A stretch of DNA of 63,871 bases, counting the filler, from Reticulomyxa filosa (lineage: Eukaryota > Protista > Foraminifera), in assembly GCA_000512085.1 (NCBI GenBank). It is 30 parts of 30 records of this genome, joined end to end, with 100 filler letters (N's around TTAATTAATTAA, not from the genome) between each part and the next. Parts side by side here need not be neighbours in the genome. Positions count along the whole stretch, not along the records: positions 9,046 to 11,577 come from ASPP01032904.1; positions 11,678 to 14,545 come from ASPP01041888.1; positions 14,646 to 17,648 come from ASPP01019402.1; positions 17,749 to 19,909 come from ASPP01038932.1; positions 20,010 to 21,304 come from ASPP01041987.1; positions 21,405 to 22,879 come from ASPP01001217.1; positions 22,980 to 24,147 come from ASPP01040330.1; 23 more parts are not named here. The stretch is one strand, 5' to 3'. The translations under genes were made by a program, and so were the position numbers. Under the pieces are notes generated by a model. That model was not told where the DNA came from, did no database searches, and saw only the letters and a program-made list of their open reading frames with translations. Positions within the stretch are counted from its first letter, which is position 1; every line of letters begins with the position of its first letter. This document shows positions 11,501-23,330 of the stretch, piece by piece.

Positions 11501-14500
11501 AAGTTTCAAATAAACTGAAACGAACACAATGATCTTTATGACCAACCACCAAATTCAACAAATTTAAAATAAAAAAANNNNNNNNNNNNNNNNNNNNNNN
11601 NNNNNNNNNNNNNNNNNNNNNTTAATTAATTAANNNNNNNNNNNNNNNNNNNNNNNNNNNNNNNNNNNNNNNNNNNNATATTAACGATTTTTGTATGATT
11701 TACTACATTTTTATTAAAAATCAAAGGTACTTTTAGATTCTCCACGACGTCGAGATATTATTTTTAAAAAAAATTTTGAAAAAACGTTAATTTTTCATCA
11801 AAAAAATTGTAAATATTTATAATGATGTATTTTAGGGGGTCTTTTTTTTTGCAATCGATTGTACTTTATAACTATTTTCTTTTATGAACTTACGCACGAC
11901 ACGTTTTTTTATTCTTATTTAAATTTTTTAAATAAATGATTGCTAAAAAATATAAATTGATTACCCTTATCAACGGAACAAAGAAATGTTATCTCTTTTC
12001 ATCTGGAAAACACACAAAGAAAAAGACAATTTACAGAATATTGTAGAAAAAACATATAACTTCAAAGACTGACACTTTTAAAATATTATTTTAGTTATTA
12101 TTTGATCTAGAAATTAAATAATAAAATATTGACACATTAAATAAAGTAAAAAAATTGTATTACAATGATATTTATAGACAAATACTTGAATTGCATAATA
12201 TTTATGAGATATTATTATATATATAATGTTGGATTTATTTATGATCAAATAACTTTAGACATCACAAATGTTTTGTTTGCAATTTGCTATCAAAATTTTA
12301 CACAAATATGAAAAAAGAAAAAAAGAGAATATTGAATTATGTTGTGGATTGAAAGGAGTAAGGTTAAAGAATATTAAAGAAATCAAATAAGGATTTTCAT
12401 AATTCATATAACAGTAGAATGAAGATGAAAACACAAAAATGTTATTAATATGGACAAGATATGATTAATATATTCAATAAACTATGTTTATTAGAAATAT
12501 TTCATTCCATTGATTTAAACCGCATTTAGATTGTCTTATCGAATATGAAAGAAGACAATATTGTTAGAATTTGAAGAATGGAAAGTGCAACCAAATAATA
12601 AAATATAAAGAAAAAAAGAATCAACCATCATATTAACCTGAGTTCTATTTTCTTGTAAGAATTTTGTAGAAATTCATACAAAATTCGAAGTAAGTTTTTT
12701 CATTAATAAAAAAAAATCCTTTGTTTGTTTTCAGATGACTATTCATAAATTCAACAACTTGTTGATTTTTTTTAACGTTTTTCAGTGGATTGCCTTCTAT
12801 TCGTCCGTATTATTATGTACTTTTTGCCATGGTTCTATCATTCAATAGCGTCAATGCACTGTGAAAAAATTTTAAGTTTTTTTTTAAAAAAAGAACTCTT
12901 CAATATACTGTCGTAGTGTGGTCTCATCAAAGACATACAGTGACAAATGCGCTTTGAGAGCCCAAAACTGTGAGAAACTGTAAAAATACTTTCCTCTACA
13001 TTAAATGATCAAAGTTCGAACTGAGCGTCTAGTTTCCCAAAAACTCAACGAAAAACCAAAAAACTTTCTTTTATTTTTTATCACAAAACAAGTTGTTATC
13101 AACTTTTTTTAACTACAAGGATTATAAAAGTTTATTTGTTTATTTTGGTGTTTAATGCAACAGTACCTTTTTAATAAATGCTGTTCGAAAGCATTAAACT
13201 TTACCATTCTTCAAGAAGGTACTTTTAGACAAAAGATTGCCACCTCTCATTATTGGAATCCACAACTTCATTGACATCGCAATTTTATTATTTTGCGAAA
13301 AGCGTCTTATGTTAAATATAATAAATTATATTCTTCAATAAAAAGAAAATGTTATAAAAAGTGTCATCATATGTTAATGTTGGTACACTACATATATACT
13401 TAAATTTTAAAATTGAGTATGTAACCGGCGGAGTGTAAAAAATAATTTCCCAAGGCAAGAATATTTTGTTGATATGCTTATTGTTTTTCTTAATTTAGTC
13501 TAATAGTTGATCTGCAGTAACAAAGCAAGTATACATACTGAATGCATCTTATATTCATAACACTTTTTTTAAAAAAATTTTACAACATCTTTTATTTTAC
13601 GTTATTTTGTTTTTCAAAAAAAAACTGATAAGATTTATATGCTGAGTAATTACATTACAAAATCTTTTATATATCGTTGTCAGACAAAAATGTGATAACA
13701 ATTTCACAATAAAAAATATATCTGCAACAGTTTTACTAATTTACCACAAAGATGTGACGTAAATACGTTAAATTTTCGACAGAGATTTAGGTGTACAATT
13801 ACATAGTTGTGTATTGCAAATATTGTTCAAATCAAAGAAAGAAAATCAAAGACAAAATTTGCTGTCAAAATATCTTTAGCAATGCTTCAAAAGTTAGTAC
13901 ATGAAATTCTGATTGTACTATTCAAATTTGAAGATAATTTAATTAATTAATTTAATCATTATTTTATGTAGTTTTCATTGTAATTTTTTAAATGAAAAAA
14001 AGAATTCTCGCATTATATATATATAATATGATTGCATTTTCGTTTTATTTCTCTTTGAAAAAAGAAAGTTGGTTTATGCAGTAAAAACAAACTGAGAGCA
14101 CTAGCAAGTGGCAGAAAGAACTCAAAGTATCATGTAAAAGAGTCATATTTTGATTAACCTCGTCAAAGCGTATGCACTAGCAAAACGAGTGCAAGGACTC
14201 GAATTAGATAATAGAATACTTATTGATCAAACCAAAAAGCTATTGCCAATATAATTGATCCAAAACAATCAATCCAGATTTAAAATGAATTTCATTGCAA
14301 CTAAAAAAGTTTTAAAAAAATTGATAATCACGTATTTAACTTGTTCTTCTCCAAAAAAAACTCTACATCAATTGGAGTGACCTCCCAAAAAACTCTGCAT
14401 TAATTCGAGCGGCTCCAAAAAAGTTAGTTTGAGTTTTTAATGAATAAACACGATAAAAAAGACCAAAATCGCATTAATGTTTGTTCAACTATTATCCAAA

Positions 14501-14782
14501 ATGTTTTCCTCAATAATATTTTGCATTTTGGAACTGATAAGATTANNNNNNNNNNNNNNNNNNNNNNNNNNNNNNNNNNNNNNNNNNNNTTAATTAATTA
14601 ANNNNNNNNNNNNNNNNNNNNNNNNNNNNNNNNNNNNNNNNNNNNACTATTCGAAATGGAATATCAATATATTTCCCTCTCTTCCGTGGACAGATATCGC
14701 CAAACAAGCTCAATGCAACTTACCAAAATGTATTGAGGCTACTATCGTATGGTATGACACATGCGACTTTGTCGAAGAAGGA

Positions 14783-15235
14783 GTGTCTGAAGAAAAAGTA
14801 CATGCATTGCTACAACAAGTAAAAAACACAATCGATTCGAATGGAAACAACTTGGAAGAATTACACCGAATGCGACGTGAGGCTGCTGTCATAGAAAGCA
14901 AGATTGATTATGACTTGTGGTGTAATCACATTGCCCATCGCTTGTTACAATGTGCTACTCTATCTGACCCTTCTTCTATTGGCACTGCACTCGAAAACGT
15001 TCAAGAAGCCCACGCACATGCACAGAAACACCACTCTCAACAATCACAACAAAATACAAACATAGATACAAACATAAACACAAACACAAGTACACAATTT
15101 CCAATTCTTGAACCGAATGCAAATGAGCAAATGTTGTTGAATTGCAATCCACTGCACAAAGATGCAATGAAAAATGATGATATGTCACCACCACAAATGA
15201 TGTCCAAAACAGATAATGGATCACACATCTTTTGA
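14783..15235 (+). CDS. Hypothetical protein (fragment)
   Basis: 150-aa ORF with protein-like composition in AT-rich DNA; no motif recognised. Confidence 0.35.
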   Translation: MSEEKVHALLQQVKNTIDSNGNNLEELHRMRREAAVIESKIDYDLWCNHIAHRLLQCATLSDPSSIGTALENVQEAHAHAQKHHSQQSQQNTNIDTNINTNTSTQFPILEPNANEQMLLNCNPLHKDAMKNDDMSPPQMMSKTDNGSHIF

Positions 15236-15794
15236 AAATTTTTTTTGTTACACAGTTCAACTAAAATTAAAGATAACAAGACAACATTGTTTCTTCAGCA
15301 CACTGGCTTCTATTTTCAGCAAATTTGTTGTTCATCATACGAGTAAAAAGAATAAGAGTAAAAGATTTAAAATGAACAATTGACATTTTTCAAAAAAATT
15401 TATATTATTGTCACAATAAATCTGCACTACTTTTTGCATTTTAAAATTTACTGAAACATTATTAAAAAAAATTGCGTAGAAGTTTGGACCAGTTATTGTG
15501 AAAAATTAAGAATGCAACTGGTAAGCAAACAAATAAATTGCCGACTTTTTGGAAAAATATGTATCCATTATGTGCATCTTACATTTCTCACCACACGACA
15601 AAAGTTTAACTCAAAGTAGACATTCAAAATGCTCGTCATTTTGATTTTTTCTAATGTTGCATCACAAGATTTGGATATTGACATCCTCAAGTTTTTCGTT
15701 CAATATAGATTCTAATTGGCGCAGTGGCGTTTTCTATTGCAACGATAACAAATACATATGCTGTGTATATTATGTTATATTGCTTGTTTAAAAA

Positions 15795-17648
15795 TTAAAA
15801 CGAAACTAAGTTTTTCCGTAATCCCAACAATAGCATTTCCACAAAGCCGGTCGGAATTTTCTGTTCGATGTAGCCTTTAATTGCATTTTCTTCTTTAAAA
15901 CAATTATCTAGGAAGAATTTTTTTGATCGTTTGAAATGACCATTTGTTTCATTTTGATTGTCCCACGCAATAGAAGGAATGACGCATTGCTCTGCTGCTT
16001 TGAAGAAAGTTTTTTTGGATAAGAAAATAGCACATCGTTCCTGTCCAGAATTGCAAAATAATAGGCCAATTTTGGCAATACCTAAAAGTGGTGCGTGGAT
16101 ATGTTGCGCCAAAATTTTCAAATCAGAACGGTTGTCTACTTTTCCAGGAAATGAAATGCTAATGCCAAGGGGACAATCTGAAATAAATTTTGTTATGGCG
16201 TCGTCTCTTTTTTCTTCTAATTTTTGTCTTACAAAATTGTCCGTTTCGAATAACAGTATTTTGATTGGCTGAGAATTGGAATACGACCTTTCTCGTTTTA
16301 CTATGTCTACCAATTGTCCACTGTATTGTTTAAAATCGCTCAAAATTTTCTCTTTTGTAATTATCTTTGTCCGATCGTTTTGACTCTTTTCGCGGTCGTG
16401 TTTTTTTTCATTGGAAGCTTTCTTCTTATTATTTTCGCTGGAACCAATCGAGTCTCTGTTATGGCTTGTCTTTGCAGTTGCATCTTTACTATTTACAAAT
16501 GGCGACTGTTCAGCACCATATTTCGAGCAACGTTCAGAAAAAGGCGTTGTCTCTGGAGCAGTTGAAGGACCACCACTACTATTTCGTCTTTGATGAGCAT
16601 CACAATAATCTTTCTCGGCACTCTTTGCATTGTTGTTGTTGTTATTGTTGCTGCCGTTGTAATTGAATCCATTAACATAATCCGGTGTTGATTTTTGTTT
16701 CATGGATGAATTTTTCACTTCTGTTTCTTCATCAGAAGGTGGTGTTTTGTCATTTGTCCAAGTCTATGTGTTATTTGTATACCAAAAAAAAAAAAAATAA
16801 ACAAAATGGATAAATCAAATCAAACAAAAAAAAAGATGACAGAAAGCATAACCTTGATCGAAGTGGTGCTGGATGCTCTGTTGAAAGATGTGCTCAAAGG
16901 CGGATTTGTTTCATCATCGGAAATAGGAGGTTTGTGGGCTTGTGTTTTGGGAAATGAAATGGGAGGAGGAATGGTGGGTGGAGGAGGCACAATAGTGAAT
17001 TTTACACCATCATTACCATGTTCATCATCAGAGGACTGAGTCTTTAGTGTTTGTAATCGAGAGGTGGTCGAATAGTTCCATACCGCAGATGATGACGATG
17101 AAGCCTCAGTTTTGATATTATTTGTAGACGCATTCAAATCTGCATCGTCATGAGGAGAAGGAAGTGTCTTTGATGCTTCTGTTCCAGCGATGTAATTGGC
17201 TTGTGTGTCGTCGTCGGAATCAGGAGTTTTGGGAAGTGTGCTGGCTTGGACCGATGTCGAAACAGAGCCACTGTTATGTGGGAGATGGTTTGAAGAATTC
17301 CAATCTTGCGGTCGATCGACGCCATAATCAAGCTTTTCCTCTTTCATCATTGCTGCTGGTGGTGATGGCGTCGTCTCTGTTTTCATCTTTGTTTATTGTT
17401 TTATAATTTCATTTTCGAAACAATGTTAATGTCAATGTCAATGTAAAAAAAAAACAAACTGTAAAGACAGGATCACGGCTGACACTTGGAAGCGGTGGAG
17501 GAGCAGGTAAAAATGGTCGACGTTGGGGATGAACATCATGATCACGATCATCGTCAGAAGGAGTCTTTGGTGTTTTCAGAGCCGAGTTACCCGTGGTTCC
17601 ATTTTCTGTTGGCTGTTGATCCCATCTTTCTTTTTCATTTTCTTTTTC
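15795..17648 (-). CDS. Large low-complexity (Ser/Pro/Thr) protein with a globular C-terminal domain, possibly SPOC-like; 5' partial, 3 exons
   Basis: ORFs 16820-17386 and 15795-16718 join in frame across a GT-AG intron at 16764-16852. An upstream exon PFLPAPPPLPSV splices to the acceptor at 17387. The C-terminal fold assignment is only a guess. Confidence 0.65.
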
Positions 17649-18264
17649 NNNNNNNNNNNNNNNNNNNNNNNNNNNNNNNNNNNNNNNNNNNNTTAATTAA
17701 TTAANNNNNNNNNNNNNNNNNNNNNNNNNNNNNNNNNNNNNNNNNNNNTTTCATGCACGGGACCAGAATTGATGATACGTCAAAAAAAAAAATGTTTTTT
17801 TTACGAATGCATAACTTGAAAAACGGGAGCGAAACTTGTTTTTTGATGATGTAGAAAAAATTTTTGTGCATTACTCAAACTTTTGTGCACTAGACAAATT
17901 TTTGTGCATTAGCCACGTTTCTGACGTAGAAATATCACAACATTTTTTTTTTGTTAGGTTAAACTTTGACACAGGCCAAAAAAGTTTAAAAGTTTACGAA
18001 TTTTTTTAATAATATCTTCGACGTACAAATCGGCTTTCAAAAAAGCTAGGAGCTCAAAGGCCGTCAAATAAAATTAATTTTTTTTGAAACGTTTCCCCCC
18101 CTTGGTACTGTCCATACGCAAAAAAAAACAAACAAGGCGAAAAAGCCGCCAAATACTCATACCAAAATGTGGTTTTAGTTTTTTTTAAAAAATTAATTAA
18201 GTCCGTAGTGCTATCTACTGTTCACTTGCACGGACACGTTTTCCCTTCCAAGCGCACAAATGCA

Positions 18265-19405
18265 TCAAATCCAGGCCTCGAAGACGCCATTGATGGTGAC
18301 AATGAGGAAGATGAGTTCAGCAAAGTTGACAGAATATCTCAGGAAGCCTTTGAAAACATAAATGTAAATGAAAGTGTATAAAAGTAAAATAAATGTATGT
18401 ATTAAAAAAAATACATAATACCTCCAATTCCGCCAAAACATTTAACAAATTGAGCATCTCTTGTGAGCGATCAGTAACAAATTATAGTTTACATCCATAA
18501 TTTTTATATTGTGAAGCAAACCATTCAAGAAATTGATCTTATTGAACAATTTCCCAAATAAGACCAGTATCTTTAGATGTAATATAAATTTCTTTTTTTT
18601 GATGATTTATATTCTTAAAAGATCAAGATTTTCTCAAATAATACAAGTTTGTAAAGCACCCATTTCCATAGCATGAATAATATCACGATAATCAAAACAA
18701 TATTTATTAGTATCTTTAGCAATTTCTTGCATAAAATCCATTAATTTAACATTAGCTAAAGCATCTTTACTTTAATTCAATAGATTGATTAAAAATGATT
18801 TATTTAATAGTGATATTTTAGATTGTAGATTAAAATCTATTGTTATTAAAATTGTTGATACTTCTTATGGTGGTGAAAATGGTTTTAAAATTAGCACTAC
18901 CAGCTAATACTAAACCTTTTATATTAGGTAAATCATTTATTATAAAATGTTGTGTACATAATTATGTCTTTTTTCCATACGTAATCTAGCAAAATGTACT
19001 GTAAATTTTTGTAATATATTATATATACTACCAGATAATGTACATCAATTATTATAAAATCAAATATATCATCACTTTATAATAATTCATTTAATGGTTC
19101 TACATGAAATTTATTATAACATAAATATAATGATGTATTTATAGATTTAAATGGTTCAAAATGTATTCACATTTTTTTTTTTCTTTTCCATTATCTGTTG
19201 ATAATCTATTTACTCTAGATTTTATATTTGAAGCTGTTCCATGTTCATCTTGTATCATTTTTTGTATTCTTGATATTTGATCTTTTGGTGGTATTACTAA
19301 TGATATCATAGAAGTTCCATTACCACGTGATTGTGATAAGTGTTTAATTAAAGTTTTTATTTTCCATTGTTCAACAAGTGAAGCATCTATTGGTTTTTTT
19401 GACAT
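18265..19405 (-). pseudogene. eRF1: Eukaryotic peptide chain release factor 1 pseudogene with two micro-inversions and several deletions
   Basis: [61 protein letters not shown], (inverted) [28 protein letters not shown], intron 18348-18421, then GFLRY. The GGQ loop is deleted and there are several TAA/TGA stops. Confidence 0.95.
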
Positions 19406-21759
19406 TTTTTTAAAAAAAATTAAAAAGTATTTTTTTTTTGAAACAGAGGAATCCCCAGTATTACATCCAATACTATCCCATATTAATATATTTTTTTTAA
19501 TAAAAGTATTTTTTAAAAAAATTAAAAAATAATAATCAAAAAGAATCAACAAAATTTTTATCTTCATTTTTCTTGTAAACTATCCAGCTGTTTGTAGAGA
19601 AAGATACCTTGAGATATTATTTCATTTTCATCCAAATTTTATTCAAATTTTAACAAGTTTTTTATCCATTCACTTGAGTGTAGGGCAAGATCCTATAAAT
19701 ATCTGAACCTTGAAGGAACCCAACTAACTTCACTTACTCTTTTGTTTTTATTTTCTTCTTTTTTTACCGAATACTGGTTTACTGAGTAAAACCCTTTTCG
19801 TATTACATTTAGTATAACCTCTTCCAGCTGACGTCCCACATGAGTTCAAATTATAAAATAATATTTTCATTATGTGAGAAAATGTTGTTTAATTCAATTA
19901 AAAAAAAAANNNNNNNNNNNNNNNNNNNNNNNNNNNNNNNNNNNNNNNNNNNNTTAATTAATTAANNNNNNNNNNNNNNNNNNNNNNNNNNNNNNNNNNN
20001 NNNNNNNNNTTAATAAACAATAACACAATAACGAAAATCTTTCTATTTTTTTTTTTTCAGCGTATCTGAATAGTTTGACTTAGATTATTATGGAGGAATC
20101 AATCAATTATTTTTGTTGATTGTAATATGATATAAAATAAAAATCTTGTCACGTATTTTGAACAGTCAACAAATAAAAAGGCAATGATAGACCAGAAACG
20201 ATCATTTTTGATTAGTTTGTCGTTTCCTAGTTTGAGTGTGATTTCATCTTTAAACAAAGAATTTTGACTTATAATACATTTAAACACACGTTTGTAGTTG
20301 AAAAAAAAGGTTCCCTCGTTCATATGGAAATTCTCCTGTAATTAGTAAGGCATTGACTACAATGATGTACAAATTTATTTTATTTTGATTTGTATGAAAT
20401 ATAAAATGAATTATTTTTCCTCTAAAAAATACAAATTAAAAATCGAGGAGTAATTTATGGTCACCTAATTACGAGCTATTCAAAAAACCACAAACGATGT
20501 TTTTATTTAAGGTTATGTCTTTTAAATTTTTTTGAAATTATTGATATAAAGCATTGATAAGTTTGAAAGAAAAAGTTCAAATATAGGTCCTTTCAATAAA
20601 ATCGGTAAACTTCTATCAGGCCAATCTGAGGACATAGAAGCAGCACAAAATCTCTACAATTACTCTGCAGTCGAATTGTTTTATAACGTCGCAAAGAAAA
20701 GAAACACTAAAAGGTAAAGAAATACTAAAGTGTGTTACTCTGTTTAAAAGAAGGAATTAAAATTACTTGTTGTGCAAAAAAAATGTGTACGTTATTGGAT
20801 TTACTATTGTTCAGAGCAAAAACTATACAAATCATTTGGTCTCTGATACGGTGCTGCGTATATTGATTTACAATAAAAAAAATTAACATTTGTATTTCGA
20901 AGGAAGAATTTATCATTTGTTTTGTTTTTAAAAGACAATACATTTTAAGAAAAAAAAAAATCAAGTGAAACAACTAAAGCTCAATTTTTTTAATAATACG
21001 TATAATTTAATGATTTTTTTTTAGCTCATGTGCAAATATAAATTTGTTGAATTTCATTAATGAACAGTTTTTTTTTAGCTAGCTTTTTAATCTAAAAAAA
21101 CTCTTTGTGCTTCCCATCACAAAACCGTGAGAAATAGTAGAGACAAATGACAATCCCAAAATTATAACGATTTGGCTACGTGTTCTTTCTCCTAAAACTC
21201 AAGACAATAACTTTTCTTGGTTTTTTTGTATCACATTGCCACTGTGGTTTTCTTTGGTTGGTTTTCATTTTTCTTGTAAGAAGCTGATGACTCAGTAAAT
21301 ACAGNNNNNNNNNNNNNNNNNNNNNNNNNNNNNNNNNNNNNNNNNNNNTTAATTAATTAANNNNNNNNNNNNNNNNNNNNNNNNNNNNNNNNNNNNNNNN
21401 NNNNTTTTTTTTTTTTTTTAGAAAGATGAAGAGATCACTTTCTCTAACGTGTGGAAATTTTCGTCAAGAATTCGATACAATTTCCTATGTTCCTCATCCC
21501 CCACCCGGTGATTACACCAATTCAATCCAAAGAGCTTAAGTCAGCAACATCAGTGCTTAAGTTCCATTGGCATGAAATGTGGTTGCTCACACATTCTCAG
21601 GACAATCTACGTCCATTTTGCTGTGAATATGAACGCTCGACACCTGCAGCAATTATGTGAAGCATTTAACAATATGCAAAAGGCGCTGATGGAGATAAGA
21701 CGATATCCCAGATGTCAAATTTATCGACGAAATCAAGAAACGAAAACAACAAGGAGTTT

Positions 21760-22060
21760 ACAATCCTGAACTAAACAAAACTGTTCTATTGAGGAATGTT
21801 CCAGTTTGGGAGAGTGAAAAAGAAATCAAAGAGACATTGGAAGAAAGACGTGCAAGTATTGTGGATTAAAGAACCATGAAGCAGCGAAATGCCAACACAA
21901 TAATGATACAAGCCGATATCGATGTATTGTGCAAGAAGAAACTATATTATTGAAGAAAAAAGATGCTTTGCAAAGCATTTCAATTAAATCTAATGTGCAG
22001 CATCAAAGAAGTATTCATATACTGATGTCACAATAGTCAAAGAAATGGAAATGAAGCGAA
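21760..22060 (+). mobile_element. Possible non-LTR retrotransposon ORF1 (gag-like) remnant
   Basis: TVLLRNVPVWESEKEIKETLEE resembles the pre-zinc-knuckle region of I/Jockey-type ORF1. Heavily decayed. Confidence 0.3.
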
Positions 22061-22450
22061 GCCTAAAGAAAATAATAACGAACCCAGAAAACAATAAATC
22101 AGACAAGTCGCTAAAAAGAGAATTAGCAGTAAATGCAATCTCTATTACAATGATGGTGCAACTGTGGACTGGAAATCGATCGAGGAACGAAATCAACACT
22201 ACCGTGACATTTAATCTATGATCATCAAAATTTGCATCATAAACAACCCATGTCTGTTTTTTTTATTTTTTTTAGATGGGTTGCGGTAGGGCGTGTCAAG
22301 TGTTGGACTACTATCCGCTTCATCCACAAACTCAGGTCTTTCTAGTTAAAAGAGCACCTCGTTCTCAAAATCTGACCAAAAAATCCATGCAAAAATAAAC
22401 AATAAAGTTATTTCAATTTAAATTGAGATTTACTTAAAGAAATTTGGCAA

Positions 22451-22760
22451 TTATTCAAATCCTTTCACAACTTTGATCCTGACATGATGAATTATTTCAT
22501 TGATATCTGGAAGCAATTCTTGGACATTTATCCACCAATTGCAATGTAATTCGCTGTACCGCAAACATTCCATCAGGAATGCTCGACAGTCTCTTCTTCC
22601 ACAGTGTGATCTGTAATGATTACTCACATATTCCAATGCAAGTCTCATTGCTTCGATCTCGGTCCAATGTTTCATTGTGGTAATATGGATCCTGAATGAC
22701 AAGTCCTGCACGTACATTCATCACAAAATATCACAATGCAATCAAAGTCCAATTATGACA
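22451..22760 (-). mobile_element. Possible retroelement RNase H remnant
   Basis: Fragments IVIFCDE, AGLVIQ and TEIEAMRLALEYV resemble RNase HI motifs (IFTDGS, GxG, AELxAIxxAL). Frameshifted. Confidence 0.4.
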
Positions 22761-23330
22761 AAAGTCATCTGATGACCCATTGAAGATCGCAAATGGTGAT
22801 TTATTTGATTGTGGCATCATTGCGATTTGCGTTGGTGGAATATTTGGTCGATAATTTACCAATCCATGAGATATAATTCNNNNNNNNNNNNNNNNNNNNN
22901 NNNNNNNNNNNNNNNNNNNNNNNTTAATTAATTAANNNNNNNNNNNNNNNNNNNNNNNNNNNNNNNNNNNNNNNNNNNNATTTTGTCATATTATTATCAT
23001 AATCATTGTCAAAATATCATTTGTTATTCATCAGGAGGTATGGCGGTTTTTTTGCAATCTACTGTAGATATTTGTAATTATATTGTTTCTTTGATCTTTT
23101 AAGTTAATATTATTGTTAAACCTAATTTTGGAACTTAATTTTATGCCTTTGTTTGCTTTTAAAAATTTTGATATTTCTGTGAATAATTTAATATTTTCAT
23201 CATTTCATTTGTTTTCCAAACAGCGATCATTAAATGAAGATAATACAATACTTAACTGAAATCTCATCTTTTTGTACATCATGAAAAATAAAAATTTTAA
23301 CCTAATTTTTAAAAAAAAAAAATCTACTAA

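Noticed and set aside
5133-14545. Protein-like fragments in the AT-rich contigs 5133-6517, 9046-11577 and 11678-14545
   Set aside because: They are probably heavily decayed gene copies, but no frame or motif could be supported well enough to annotate.
18265-19405. Divergent eRF1 as evidence of stop-codon reassignment
   Set aside because: The copy is a pseudogene (GGQ deleted) and retains standard GTS, NIKS and YxCxxxF motifs. The long ORFs in the window have no internal TAA/TAG.
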